Shown here piece after piece: positions 13,820-25,134 of a DNA stretch of 64,000 bases (its first letter is position 1; each line of letters starts with the position of its first letter). The stretch is from Octopus bimaculoides (taxonomy: Eukaryota). The notes under the pieces are model-generated. The model saw only the letters and a list, made by a program, of their open reading frames with translations. It searched no databases and had not been told where the DNA came from. The DNA is taken from NCBI RefSeq assembly GCF_001194135.2, contig NC_068983.1, positions 135,480,210-135,544,209 of the forward strand, read 5' to 3'. The position numbers and the translations under genes were made by a program.

Positions 13820-14010
13820 GGTTTAGAGAAGTTATGTTTTTTAGGAACTTTTGCAGGTGTTGAAAATGATTGGTTTGCATCTGATAAGCTATTGATGGAT
13901 TTTGATGCTGAGGAGGAAAGATTTTTCCGCCGGTGTTCCACATCTAACTTATTTAAAGAATATGAAGGAGTAATTTGTTGATGGGCTGATTTAATCACTT
14001 GTGATTTTAC
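13820..14010 (-). CDS. Internal coding exon of BTB gene (Ser/Lys-rich linker)
   Basis: Acceptor ttccttgtag, donor CC|GTGAGT. 191 nt, phase 0 to 2, open frame VKSQVIKSAHQQ...HNFSKP, matching the next exon's phase. Confidence 0.75.
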
Positions 14011-14880
14011 CTACAAGGAATAAAAGAAGTAAATGAAAATCAAAATGGTTGGTTGTGAATATTACTTAACTTCAACATACCTTTCAATACTGAATAAAAC
14101 TACTATCAGTAATTCTTTTTTCTCACAATACCTCATGTGTTGCCAGTTTCTAATCTGATTTGGGCATGATTTTAATTCCCTGATAACAATACTGACTGAC
14201 ATGTCACTAAAGACACTGGGGAAGGCATAATTTTCAGATCCCCAATTAAAAATCTCAATTCTTTATTTATGTAAAAGATGTTATTTAAAGAATATGGAAA
14301 CATTACTTGGCATTCCAAAAAACTTAAGGTTAATATTGAAGAAAAAACAATGTTATTTTTCACAAAAATCATAAGGGAAAAAATAAAAGATATGTTAGTT
14401 TCTATTAACATCTGTCATTGCTGGGAAGCATCACAGTGTGAAACACATTATGCTTTTCCAAAGAATTGCCTACCTGAACTCAAGTCTACAAATTTTATTA
14501 ATAGTACAATTTAAGTGCATGACTCTATACCATGTATGGGCAACCTGCAACCCTCGACAAGTTTCTAGGTTACTAATTTCATACTAAGACAAATAAAATC
14601 AAGAACTGCAAAAAATTCAGTGTAAAGCAGGCAAGTAATATTTCATGCATGTGTTTTATCATGTGGACCTTTCCCACCTGGAAATGGTATGATGTGGCCC
14701 CCAGTTGAGGAAAAGTTGCCCATCCCTGTTCTATACTAATATAGAAAAAGTACATGATTCCTTCAGTGTAAATGTGGAAGGGTTCATATAGGGCAGCAGA
14801 GTGCTTATATAACTTTTCAATTGGATGAAACCCTTTTAACACAGGCAGCTGCTACTGAGAAATTTTAATATTATTTTTAC

Positions 14881-14945
14881 CGGAAGTTGATTAGATGTAT
14901 AGAGTTCTGAAGCAGTTTCAAGAATCTTGTCATACTCATTGGAAC
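14881..14945 (-). CDS. Internal coding exon of BTB gene; phase-1 entry exon
   Basis: Acceptor aaatttcag, donor CCG|GTAAAA. 65 nt, phase 1 to 0, open frame (x)SNEYDKILETASELYTSNQLP. No in-frame ATG, so an upstream phase-1 donor is needed. Confidence 0.7.
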
Positions 14946-15490
14946 CTGAAATTTAAATAAAACAGTGTCAAATACATTGATACAGTCTTCATATCATTAT
15001 TTACTGTTTACACTGATAATGAATATATTGCAAGTATTTTTTTTAATTTACAGGCATACAGATTATGGATCACTGTCCTTCAATAGTATTTAATTTAATA
15101 CCCCAATGGTTGAATAACCATATTTATTAAATATGAAATTATGTGTTGGTAAATTAACTCCATTATCATTCAGAATAATTTAGAAATGCAGTGGCTACAA
15201 AAGTTCTAAAATCAGTAAAGCTTGGTTTTAATTAACTCATAAGTCAACTTTTACTAGTGTAATTAAGGAACCAAATTAAATTGCTATCATCATTTTAAAC
15301 TCCACTTTTCAATGGTTATACGAGCCAGACAGAATCTGTCAAAGCAAATTATCTATGGCTTGATGCCTTTGTTGTCAACCAAGGTGTTATTTCCCTTTGG
15401 TCAGACATGGTTTCACAGAGGTTTAGAAACAAAGGACACCACTGGTATGGTGATGCTCATTTACAACTATCATGTGATGCAAACACACAT

Positions 15491-15640
15491 ATGATGGCCT
15501 TCTTTCGGTTTCTGTCAACCAAATCCAATCATAAAGCTTTGATCATTTCAGCACTATAGTAGAAGATATTTCTCAAGATGCCATTCAATAGGACTGGACC
15601 CCAAATCATGTCATTGGTAAGCAAACTTCTCAATCACTTA
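15491..15640 (-). mobile_element. Degenerate tRNA-derived SINE
   Basis: Diverged match to 46330-46499. Confidence 0.55.
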
Positions 15641-15944
15641 CAAAACCATTTGTAGTTTATAGGTTCAATAATTTTCATGTAATACTGCATGGAAGATTTA
15701 AAGATAACACTTCTTGAAATACTTTTTATTTTATTTTAGACGCATTTGTGATGAGAGAAAGAAAAGAGCTATTTATGAAAATTAAATGAAACAAGCAACG
15801 GGTTGGTTACAGACTGCTAACAGCTTATACCTACTTAGTCATTATGGAGTTACTTTTTGAAAATGTATGGATCATGAATATGAAATAATATCTCAATAAG
15901 CCAAAGTCGTAAGAGGCAAATTTTTACTGTTTCATCCGTCATAC

Positions 15945-16086
15945 TTTGAAGATAAAATGTACGTTTTCCTAAGTCTTTTTTCACGAGTTTTGAACGAATA
16001 TGACCATCAAAACCGTCAGAATCCACTTGTTCTCTAAGAAACCCATACATGCTGATGAGACAAGTGTAATAGTAAAAATTTACCAT
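15945..16086 (-). CDS. Possible short first coding exon of BTB gene
   Basis: ATG at 16086 (or 16050) open to candidate phase-1 donor CAAA|GTATGA at 15944. Lies in a CpG-retaining patch. No recognisable domain. Confidence 0.25.
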
Positions 16087-16528
16087 CGTTGGATCTTCAC
16101 TTTCCAAATAATTATCAGATATATTAATTATTAACGGTTTATTCCATTACAAAGAGCGACTATTATGAGTTCTCACTGATAACAATATATAATCTACATT
16201 TTAAAATTATTAGTAAGTCTTAAGTAATAATTTCAAAACTTCTATATTTGATACAAAAAAATTAAAAAAAGTAAAGTAAATGTTCATGCTTTCACGAATT
16301 GTTGAAAATTGTGAGTCCTTAACAATAGTAACTCTAGCAGCAAACGAAAAACAGATAAAGCACAAGTGTAACGTATTCTAAATCAGATATATTGTTCATA
16401 ATTCCTCGGTAAGCACAGTTAAATAACACAGTGAATGCTTGTTGTGGAATATCAATTTACACCAATGTGCTAGTTGTCTTACTTAGCCATTTTACTTAAA
16501 CCTTTGGGACAAAAAAAAAAAAAAAAAA

Positions 16529-17153
16529 NNNNNNNNNNNNNNNNNNNNNNNNNNNNNNNNNNNNNNNNNNNNNNNNNNNNNNNNNNNNNNNNNNNNNNNN
16601 NNNNNNNNNNNNNNNNNNNNNNNNNNNNNNNNNNNNNNNNNNNNNNNNNNNNNNNNNNNNNNNNNNNNNNNNNNNNNNNNNNNNNNNNNNNNNNNNNNNN
16701 NNNNNNNNNNNNNNNNNNNNNNNNNNNNNNNNNNNNNNNNNNNNNNNNNNNNNNNNNNNNNNNNNNNNNNNNNNNNNNNNNNNNNNNNNNNNNNNNNNNN
16801 NNNNNNNNNNNNNNNNNNNNNNNNNNNNNNNNNNNNNNNNNNNNNNNNNNNNNNNNNNNNNNNNNNNNNNNNNNNNNNNNNNNNNNNNNNNNNNNNNNNN
16901 NNNNNNNNNNNNNNNNNNNNNNNNNNNNNNNNNNNNNNNNNNNNNNNNNNNNNNNNNNNNNNNNNNNNNNNNNNNNNNNNNNNNNNNNNNNNNNNNNNNN
17001 NNNNNNNNNNNNNNNNNNNNNNNNNNNNNNNNNNNNNNNNNNNNNNNNNNNNNNNNNNNNNNNNNNNNNNNNNNNNNNNNNNNNNNNNNNNNNNNNNNNN
17101 NNNNNNNNNNNNNNNNNNNNNNNNNNNNNNNNNNNNNNNNNNNNNNNNNNNNN
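16529..17153. other. Assembly gap (N run)
   Basis: Run of N. Confidence 1.
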
Positions 17154-17241
17154 TAAGACGACTTCGTAAATTTCCCCTCAAAATGTTTATTTCGTCTTAT
17201 ATTTAACGTATAAGACAAAGCTTCACACGAAATATAGCATG

Positions 17242-17781
17242 TTAGAGGACAGAAATTACAAATAAAAACGACAAAGGGATATAAAGAAAGTAATTACTTT
17301 TTTTACGTTGCATTAATTTAGAACGATGGGAATAAGTTATTTCGGTGTCAAGCTCTGCAGGTAATTTCTTCGCTAATTTGGTTCTCTTTCTCAATACTAA
17401 GTTATGTCTCTCCATGAATCGACTACACCATGAAGCGGTGGCTTTGAAGTCTTTACAGTCCTCTTGATTTTCTTTTGCCCACTCGAGTGCCATATTGCGG
17501 ATTTTATTTCTTGATATACCGTATCCATTTTTTCGATATTCGCAAACTATATCTGCTAAATAATTTTCTAAATTTGGCCAATGTGCACTACCTCTTCTCA
17601 TTGCACATTTGCTCTTAGGGATTTTCTTTAATATATCTTCTTTTAATCTCCAATCTCTCACCACCTTCTCCGTTACACCATATTCTCGTGCAGCAGCGCA
17701 ATTATTGTGCTTCTTAGCATATGCTATTACGTTCAACTTAAACCCAGCTTGGTATTTCCTTCGTGTAGGTGTTTGCGCCAT
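17242..17781 (-). CDS. pogo/Tigger-type transposase N-terminus: Brinker-type HTH plus CENP-B (Tc5) HTH; DDE domain absent
   Basis: RRKYQAGFKLNVIAYAKKHNNCAAAREYGVTEKVVRDW is Brinker DBD-like; HWPNLE...ISRNKIR...FKATASWCSRFMERHNLVLRKRT is CENP-B HTH-like. Similarity stops before the expected GNxDETP motif. TAAGACG/CGTCTTATA pogo-end-like motifs at 17154-17215. Confidence 0.8.
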   Translation of the reverse strand: MAQTPTRRKYQAGFKLNVIAYAKKHNNCAAAREYGVTEKVVRDWRLKEDILKKIPKSKCAMRRGSAHWPNLENYLADIVCEYRKNGYGISRNKIRNMALEWAKENQEDCKDFKATASWCSRFMERHNLVLRKRTKLAKKLPAELDTEITYSHRSKLMQRKKSNYFLYIPLSFLFVISVL

Positions 17782-18359
17782 GACGAGCCTTTATGATATC
17801 TTGAAGTCGTAGAAACAATATTTACAACGCATGTGACACCAAGATAACAACTAACAATCTCGCGCAAGCGCTATGAGTCTGATTCACCCAACCCAATTAC
17901 TGTAGACGTTAGACCGTCATTTCTAAGCTCTTCTCGGCGTTTAAGACGACGCATCACGATATCGTTTCCCCAGTTTTAAATACAGTGGTTAGTGTGCATT
18001 TTCACCACAGAACCACATCCTTTTAATTGAAAATTAAAATAATCTCGAAATAAAATAACAATGAAATATAAAAATAATCTCTAAACAAATTATTTTTTTT
18101 TCTTTTCTAATTTAAATAGTGCTACCTACCATATTCCCGGTGCCTTTATCTAGCGAGTAATAAATTAGTTTAATTTTAACTGGCAATAATTATAGAACAA
18201 GTATCAAAATATCTTTCATGAATTTATGGGTATCACCTATTTTAGAACTGAAGTCACAAGCCCTATAAGTAGGTACACATCTCAAGTTAAAACGATTCAG
18301 TCAAATAAATAGCCATACCAACAACATTCTCACATAATGAGTTTGTAAATTTTTTTTTA

Positions 18360-19496
18360 CTAACCAATAGGCATATCTTTCATTTGGAGGGCACGTCCAA
18401 ATAACAACTGGGTGTGATTAACGAAATTCAAACACATACTAGGCGTTATGACGGTTACACTTTCGTCAATCAACCTTTCCACAAATCTAAGTTTCCGTTC
18501 AGATTTTGATAATACATTTTGTGGATCACCTGCTGTCATTTCGGAAAGCTGATTGGCTTCCTTCTGTTTGAGTTGAGTCTTAATCACACTCCAGACACTC
18601 TCAAATGGATTTAACATGGGTGAATAAGGCGCAAGACGAAGAAGTGTTGCTCCTTCGAACTCACTTAAGACGTTTTCTAAATCCGAGTGGCAAGAGGCAT
18701 TGTCAATAACCATCACAATTTGTTCACACGAAGTACCATTGCCAATAACTTTTTGCAACAGGTCTCGTACCCATACACTGCACGAGTCACTCCGGTAAGT
18801 TCCTCTTATTCTTTGGAAATCGATCAATCCAGCTTGACAAAGAGCCCCAATCATATGGATAGTCGGACCTTTGGAAGAAGGCAGATGCGCAACTGCACGT
18901 GTTCCTTTCGTTAACCCTCCTTTACTTTTTCTAAGGAAAAGGTTGACATTTGACTTGCTGATATATACAAAGAACTTTCCTTCAGCAGATGATTTCATCA
19001 CATTCTCGATATACTCCTTCCTCAAAAGCTTGTTTTTGTGATTGTTGACTGTCTCTGGGCATAAATGTACTTGCTTCAATGAAATTATTCTTCCATCTAG
19101 ATGACTGGCTATAGTTTGTTCGGACACAATCAATCCATACTTTGAAAGTAAATGTTCGCAAAGATTCTTCAATGTTAATTGTGGACAATCGTTTAACCAC
19201 TCAATAAGTGACTCGATATGTTCATGCTCTATCTTCTTCACCTTATCACGGATACCTCCACGGTGCAAATGTGATGCACGATCTCTGCGTACCCAATTAT
19301 ATGCAGTTGTCTTCTTAACGCCATGTGCTGTAGCAATAGATTTCATATCTTTTCCTCGTTCAGCTGCAGACAGTACACGCTTTCGAGTTTCGAGTGCCGA
19401 CTTCTTGTATGGTCCTCGCTTGCTTCCTCGTTTGACACCTCGTGAACTAGCAGTACTTTCGAACTGACTTTCATTATCTGTAAGCAAACGTAACAT
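18360..19496 (-). CDS. IS630/Tc1-family transposase ORF (378 aa), intact frame, first catalytic Asp lost
   Basis: HTH region, then YISKSNVNL where DE(T/S) is expected, VIDNASCH, and LAPYSPMLNPFE (D-33-E spacing by my count). Perfect 16-bp inverted repeat AAATTAAAATAATCTC at 18031-18046 and 19627-19642. In-frame phase-1 acceptor tttgcttacag at 19478-19479. Confidence 0.85.
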   Translation of the reverse strand: MLRLLTDNESQFESTASSRGVKRGSKRGPYKKSALETRKRVLSAAERGKDMKSIATAHGVKKTTAYNWVRRDRASHLHRGGIRDKVKKIEHEHIESLIEWLNDCPQLTLKNLCEHLLSKYGLIVSEQTIASHLDGRIISLKQVHLCPETVNNHKNKLLRKEYIENVMKSSAEGKFFVYISKSNVNLFLRKSKGGLTKGTRAVAHLPSSKGPTIHMIGALCQAGLIDFQRIRGTYRSDSCSVWVRDLLQKVIGNGTSCEQIVMVIDNASCHSDLENVLSEFEGATLLRLAPYSPMLNPFESVWSVIKTQLKQKEANQLSEMTAGDPQNVLSKSERKLRFVERLIDESVTVITPSMCLNFVNHTQLLFGRALQMKDMPIG

Positions 19497-20385
19497 TGTA
19501 GGAGTAAGTTAAATGATGCAATGTATTCCAATTTAAAACTACTCAACGTAAAATCAAGCAGTTCAAAACACAAACGTCCGCTATGTTTTTATAAAAAAAA
19601 ACAAAAAAAACTATTTAATTTGCTCTGAGATTATTTTAATTTGTTTTGAGGTTATTTTAATCTCGAAGCAAATTAAAATAATTTGCATTATCTCGCTTCG
19701 AGAATATTTAAAGTTGCACTTGAAAGGATTTACACTTTAACATGTCCGGCAATATAAGTGATCAAAATTCTCAAAAAGGAATCGGTTTATTAATGCAAGT
19801 AACAAAACATTATTTAAATGAAGAAGTCATAATTATACTCTATTATATATATACATATATATATTTATTTTTCACGGATGTAATATTCACCCCTCTCCAC
19901 CTAACTATGTGTATAGAGTAGATATGAGCTTTGGCTGCTATTTCTAAAAACCAAATGACTGCGTAGAGGCTCTCCTTTTCGCTCGGGTTTTCTCGTGATT
20001 CCGTTTTACTAAGTAGTAAATCATCGTTTTATGGTATCCATTTAGTTACCGATCGTCTTTGCGAAATAGAAACCAGTCACAGGACGCAAACTTCTGATCA
20101 TTTAGTCGCTATTTTAATGACTCTACTAGCTTCGCTTCCAACGAAAGTATGGAGAGGGAGAAAAGTAATTTACTTCAGAGAAAGAAACGAAGTTATTTTA
20201 CACAGTTTGAGCAGTTAATTTTCAGAAAGCAATTTTAAATAAATAACATTAATTTTGAGACATTCTGATTGAATTAGAAAGAAAGTACATTAAAACAGAT
20301 ATAAACTTATAATTTCCTCTTGTTTGGCGTCCGCGGAGGAATTCTTTTCTTTTGAATCTGTGCTACGGTCTACTTGTTTTGTTGG

Positions 20386-21164
20386 NNNNNNNNNNNNNNN
20401 NNNNNNNNNNNNNNNNNNNNNNNNNNNNNNNNNNNNNNNNNNNNNNNNNNNNNNNNNNNNNNNNNNNNNNNNNNNNNNNNNNNNNNNNNNNNNNNNNNNN
20501 NNNNNNNNNNNNNNNNNNNNNNNNNNNNNNNNNNNNNNNNNNNNNNNNNNNNNNNNNNNNNNNNNNNNNNNNNNNNNNNNNNNNNNNNNNNNNNNNNNNN
20601 NNNNNNNNNNNNNNNNNNNNNNNNNNNNNNNNNNNNNNNNNNNNNNNNNNNNNNNNNNNNNNNNNNNNNNNNNNNNNNNNNNNNNNNNNNNNNNNNNNNN
20701 NNNNNNNNNNNNNNNNNNNNNNNNNNNNNNNNNNNNNNNNNNNNNNNNNNNNNNNNNNNNNNNNNNNNNNNNNNNNNNNNNNNNNNNNNNNNNNNNNNNN
20801 NNNNNNNNNNNNNNNNNNNNNNNNNNNNNNNNNNNNNNNNNNNNNNNNNNNNNNNNNNNNNNNNNNNNNNNNNNNNNNNNNNNNNNNNNNNNNNNNNNNN
20901 NNNNNNNNNNNNNNNNNNNNNNNNNNNNNNNNNNNNNNNNNNNNNNNNNNNNNNNNNNNNNNNNNNNNNNNNNNNNNNNNNNNNNNNNNNNNNNNNNNNN
21001 NNNNNNNNNNNNNNNNNNNNNNNNNNNNNNNNNNNNNNNNNNNNNNNNNNNNNNNNNNNNNNNNNNNNNNNNNNNNNNNNNNNNNNNNNNNNNNNNNNNN
21101 NNNNNNNNNNNNNNNNNNNNNNNNNNNNNNNNNNNNNNNNNNNNNNNNNNNNNNNNNNNNNNNN
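20386..21164. other. Assembly gap (N run), possibly hiding an exon
   Basis: Run of N; see findings for flank evidence. Confidence 1.
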
Positions 21165-21540
21165 AGAAAACACAAATTTAATATAAAAACATATTTCCTG
21201 AAATTGTAAATTATTTAAAATATAAAAATATAATTTTCAACAGAGAGAATTTATCAAAATAGAAAACAAATGAAGTTTGAAGTTTAAAAATAATAGGATC
21301 GACCACTCACGACTAGCTAGCGCGGACGCGAGTACCCTTATACTCTGTGTTGTGTTTTCAAACGCATGGATATAGGTGTCAAATTTGTTCCAATAACTTT
21401 CGAGTAATAGATAGATAGATAGAGAGAGAGACAGACAGACAGACAGACATATAGCTCGCTCCGGCCAGTCATGGTATTAGCTGTCAGTAGCCAAAGAATC
21501 TGACAGCTAATAGCATGACAGTGCCAATGCACTGCTTAAG

Positions 21541-22200
21541 AATTCCCCGACAGCAATTTGCCGACCAACGGTGAGTAAATTAAGGAAATGGCAAATGTTT
21601 TGTCAACAACTAGTCAAAAAATTAACTCACAAATTTTTAATGCATCGACAATGTGGGTGTGTTCACTTTTGTGTCACCGACTGTACTCATTCGTGCATGA
21701 CATTTTTTTTTATATTTCACACATTTCCACTGTACTGTTTTTTTTTTCAGTTGTTTTTCTTTAATAAAATGACTAATAATATACATTTTGTTTTTGTATC
21801 CTCTTTGATTCGAAAAATTCAAACGCCATATTTTAAAAACATATGAACTATCATATTTTATTTATGCATTTGGTTTGCAAAATTGTTGATGTAAATTCGT
21901 GTTGAAACAAATCTTGTCTTGGGCGGTTCATTGCACCAATAATAATAGTGCGTGTGTTTATTATTACCGACGTAATGACTCTCCCCAAACCACAAGAGCG
22001 GCTATCTTTCGATTTGATGTGAAGAAACGTCAGGTAAAAGCACATGGGTTTTGTTTACATCTAATCGGCTAACCCTAACCTATCATATATGTTCGAATGA
22101 CAAGAGAATTTAAGCTTCAAAAAGGTTTTAGTGAATATAAACCGAATTGCTTAAAAGTGAATTTGCTAACAGGTAACTTGTTGGTCGGTGAATTTTCCGT
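21541..22200. repeat. MITE-like segment with short inverted repeats and CTAACC motifs
   Basis: AATTTGCCGACCAAC (21555-21569) versus the reverse complement of 22180-22194, 13/15 match. AACCCTAACC at about 22071. Confidence 0.35.
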
Positions 22201-22559
22201 ACATGAGATACACTGAAAAGTGAACAGGACAAGTTATTCCACAGACAATCATTTACATCCCAATGAGATAAAAACAATTACATTTTAAGATTAAAATCTG
22301 AATTATATTCTAGAAAAATTCCCATAAACCCTCTTGGTTTTTCTGTGATATTTATGTTAAAGCCAGTGCATCTATGCATAAAAAAAACGATTGTTTTGAT
22401 TGCTCTAATTCTTATCACCTGATAATATAATAGGCAAGACTTCCTTTTGTATCCCCAACCAATTTAGGGTTAGGGTTACGGAAAAAATGAAGAAATTGGA
22501 AGTGGGAGAGGGCACACATTTAAAAATTCCAATTTTTGGCAATTTTACGGAATCTCCGT

Positions 22560-22838
22560 ATGCGAAAATACCGAAAGCTCCACGAGGCTCCGGCAGGGGA
22601 TGGTGGCGAACCCTGCTGTACTCTTCCATCACAACTTTCTCTCACTCTTACTTCGTGTTTTTGTTGTGCCTGTAATTCAAAGGAGCCAGCCTTGTCACTG
22701 TCACGCTGAATATCGTTAAGGGTACACGTGTCTGTGGAGTGCTCAGCCACTTGCACGTTAATTTCACGAGCAGGCTGTACCGTTGATCGGATCAACTGGA
22801 ACCCTCGACGCCGTAAGCGACGGAGTGCCAACAACAAC
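22560..22838 (+). mobile_element. SINE-like repeat with (AAC)n tail
   Basis: Reverse complement matches 44685-44850. Ends in ggagtgccaacaacaac. Confidence 0.7.
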
Positions 22839-22849
22839 TGTTAAAAGCA

Positions 22850-23404
22850 GGAAAAGTTTCCGTTAATGTTGATATTATTACAAGGAACGAGATCGAAAAA
22901 AAAAATAGTGCAACGGATTTAAAAAAAAAAAGGTGTAGGAAACGAATATGAAAACAAAAATTCCAGGAAAGCAACAGGGAGAGGCCTTCGGAAAATTCAC
23001 AAGATATAATGTTTTACCTTCATAACTTTTAGGAAAATGGTTTTTTTTAAATGAAATTTTATATAAATACCTTTCAGTACGATTATAAAGAAATTTATGG
23101 GGAAAATCTTTTCTGGGGTGGTGGGGAGAGGACTTCGGAAAATGTACAAGATCCGATGTTTTTACCTCGTAACTTTCAGGAAAATGTATATCTTTCTACT
23201 TCACACCTACGTAGGAAACGAATCTGAAAACAAAAATGCGCGGAAAGCAACGGGGGTGGGAGAGGACTTTGCAAAATTCTGAGTTTTTCCCTTGTAACTT
23301 AGAGGAAAATATAATCCTTTTGAAATCACAAATTAGGCTTTTCCTCAGCAACTTAGATGCTAAACATTCCTTTGAAGGGTTTGGGTCCTTACTTCTAATA
23401 TATG

Positions 23405-23438
<34 letters not shown>

Positions 23439-23625
23439 TATATCTATCTATATAATATATAGTAGAAGGACCTGAACCTTTCAAAGGGACGTTTAGCATC
23501 TAAGTTCTTGAGGAAAACCCTTATTTGTGACTTCAAAAGGATTATATTTTCCTCAAAGTTAAGAGGGAAAAACATCGGATCTTGTGAATTTTCCAAAGGC
23601 CTCTCTCCACCCTGTTGCTTTCCCC
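22850..23625. mobile_element. Foldback/MITE family copy with internal subrepeats and an inverted arm pair around a microsatellite
   Basis: Same subrepeats as 35716-36340 (ggagaggacttcggaaaattcacaagatcc; taacttttaggaaaat). Arms 23243-23397 and 23460-23622 are inverted around a TA/CA tract. Confidence 0.7.
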
Positions 23626-24159
23626 ACCTTTTTTACACCAGTTACACTATTTTTTTAAAATCCATTTGTCAACATTAACCAAAGTTTCAAATCTTAAATT
23701 CCTGAGATACAACAATGGCTTGAACAAAGGCCAGTGGATTCTTCTGCAACATTATAATCCAAATTCGGTCTACATTGGTAACTTTCAAAACATCCCTACA
23801 TTAAAAACATCCAAAATATCCCTATATTAAAACCACAAACATATATGGCTTCAGATGTGCACCAGAATTTGATACTCTGCATTCACCTCGCACAAATAGC
23901 CCTATCTTCATGTGAGTGTTCTCATTTTGTCTTACACAAACCTACTTTTTACATTGTTTTATATAAAAGAGATTTGATATGAACGTTAGTTAGTAGTAAT
24001 AGAAACTATATATGTTAGTTGCCCCCTTCCCACATGGAAGATACTTCTACCGATAATTAGTCGTGTTGTACAAATACTTGAAATGAGAAATGGTCACATT
24101 GTAAGACCCACTTGAAGAGTGATAGAACTCTGTAAATCTCAATATAGCATTAAGTACAC

Positions 24160-24262
24160 GGGCATATGGCGTAGTGGTCAAGAGTGCGGGCTACTAACCC
24201 CAAGGTTCCGAGTTCGATTCACGGCAGCGACCTGATTAATAATAGTAATAATAATAATAATA
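24160..24262 (+). mobile_element. Short tRNA-derived SINE (Pol III A/B boxes, (AAT)n tail)
   Basis: A box TGGCGTAGTGG and B box GAGTTCGATTC; acceptor stem does not pair cleanly; AAT-repeat tail follows. Confidence 0.6.
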
Positions 24263-25134
24263 TTTTCTGTATTCCAGTTTGTGCCTATGATCCATTTAGG
24301 CATATGTTTGGTAGTATTGGACAAAACTTTTCAGCAAGGGGAACTTCCCACATGATAGTAGTAAAAAGAGATCAGCAATCATCTGTTTGGGCTTGGTATC
24401 TCTATATTCCATAGCATGCTTCTTTTTTTTCTTTTTTGCATGACTTAGCATATTGTGCATCAGTTCAGGTAACACAAGGAGTGCATTAGATAAGTTCCAT
24501 ACAAATTTGATTTGAAAGTAAATTTATGCATGTTGTTCAGCAACAATGCTTCCTTTCCTCCTGAGTCTTGTTTTGTTCTTAACAAGAGAGTCTATTATTA
24601 TATACATACATATATCATCATTTTCCATGCTAGCATGGGTAGGACAGTTTGAGAAGATTCAACTAGTTGAAGGACTATGCCTTGCTCCAATGTTTCATTT
24701 TTGGCATAGTTTCTATGGTAAGATGTCCTTCCTAAACCAACTACTTTACAGAGAGTATTGAGAGCTTTATTGTTATAGAGGTTTGTCTTGAGCAAGAAAA
24801 GGCAACGTGTTAAGTCCTACAATATCATCAATTTGAGCAGTGATAGTATATACTAAAGGTATAGAGTGGACAATAAACAGATGGATGCATGCACAAAACA
24901 ATAGGCAAGGGAGGTGTGTATGCAGAGTTTGTGCACAAAGTCAGGTCTTCTGTAGTACCATCAGTTGATATGACCTTCTGTCATCTCCTTTGTCAGGTGA
25001 AACACGTGTGTGTGTGTACAGGATGTATGTATGTATGTGTGTATATATATATATATAGATAAGTGCTGATACACGAAACTCTTGGAGTTTGAGTCACTCT
25101 GTTGCTTCTGCTAAATATTAATAAAAATATACTT

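Noticed and set aside
18360-19496. Bacterial IS630 contamination
   Set aside because: Embedded among spliceosomal exons and animal repeats, with AT-rich codon usage like its neighbours.
22520-22837. 105-aa GC-rich ORF as an extra exon
   Set aside because: Lies antisense within a repeat also present at 44685-44850.
24160-24235. Functional tRNA gene
   Set aside because: Has A/B boxes but a poor acceptor stem, no T-run terminator and an (AAT)n tail; best read as a SINE.
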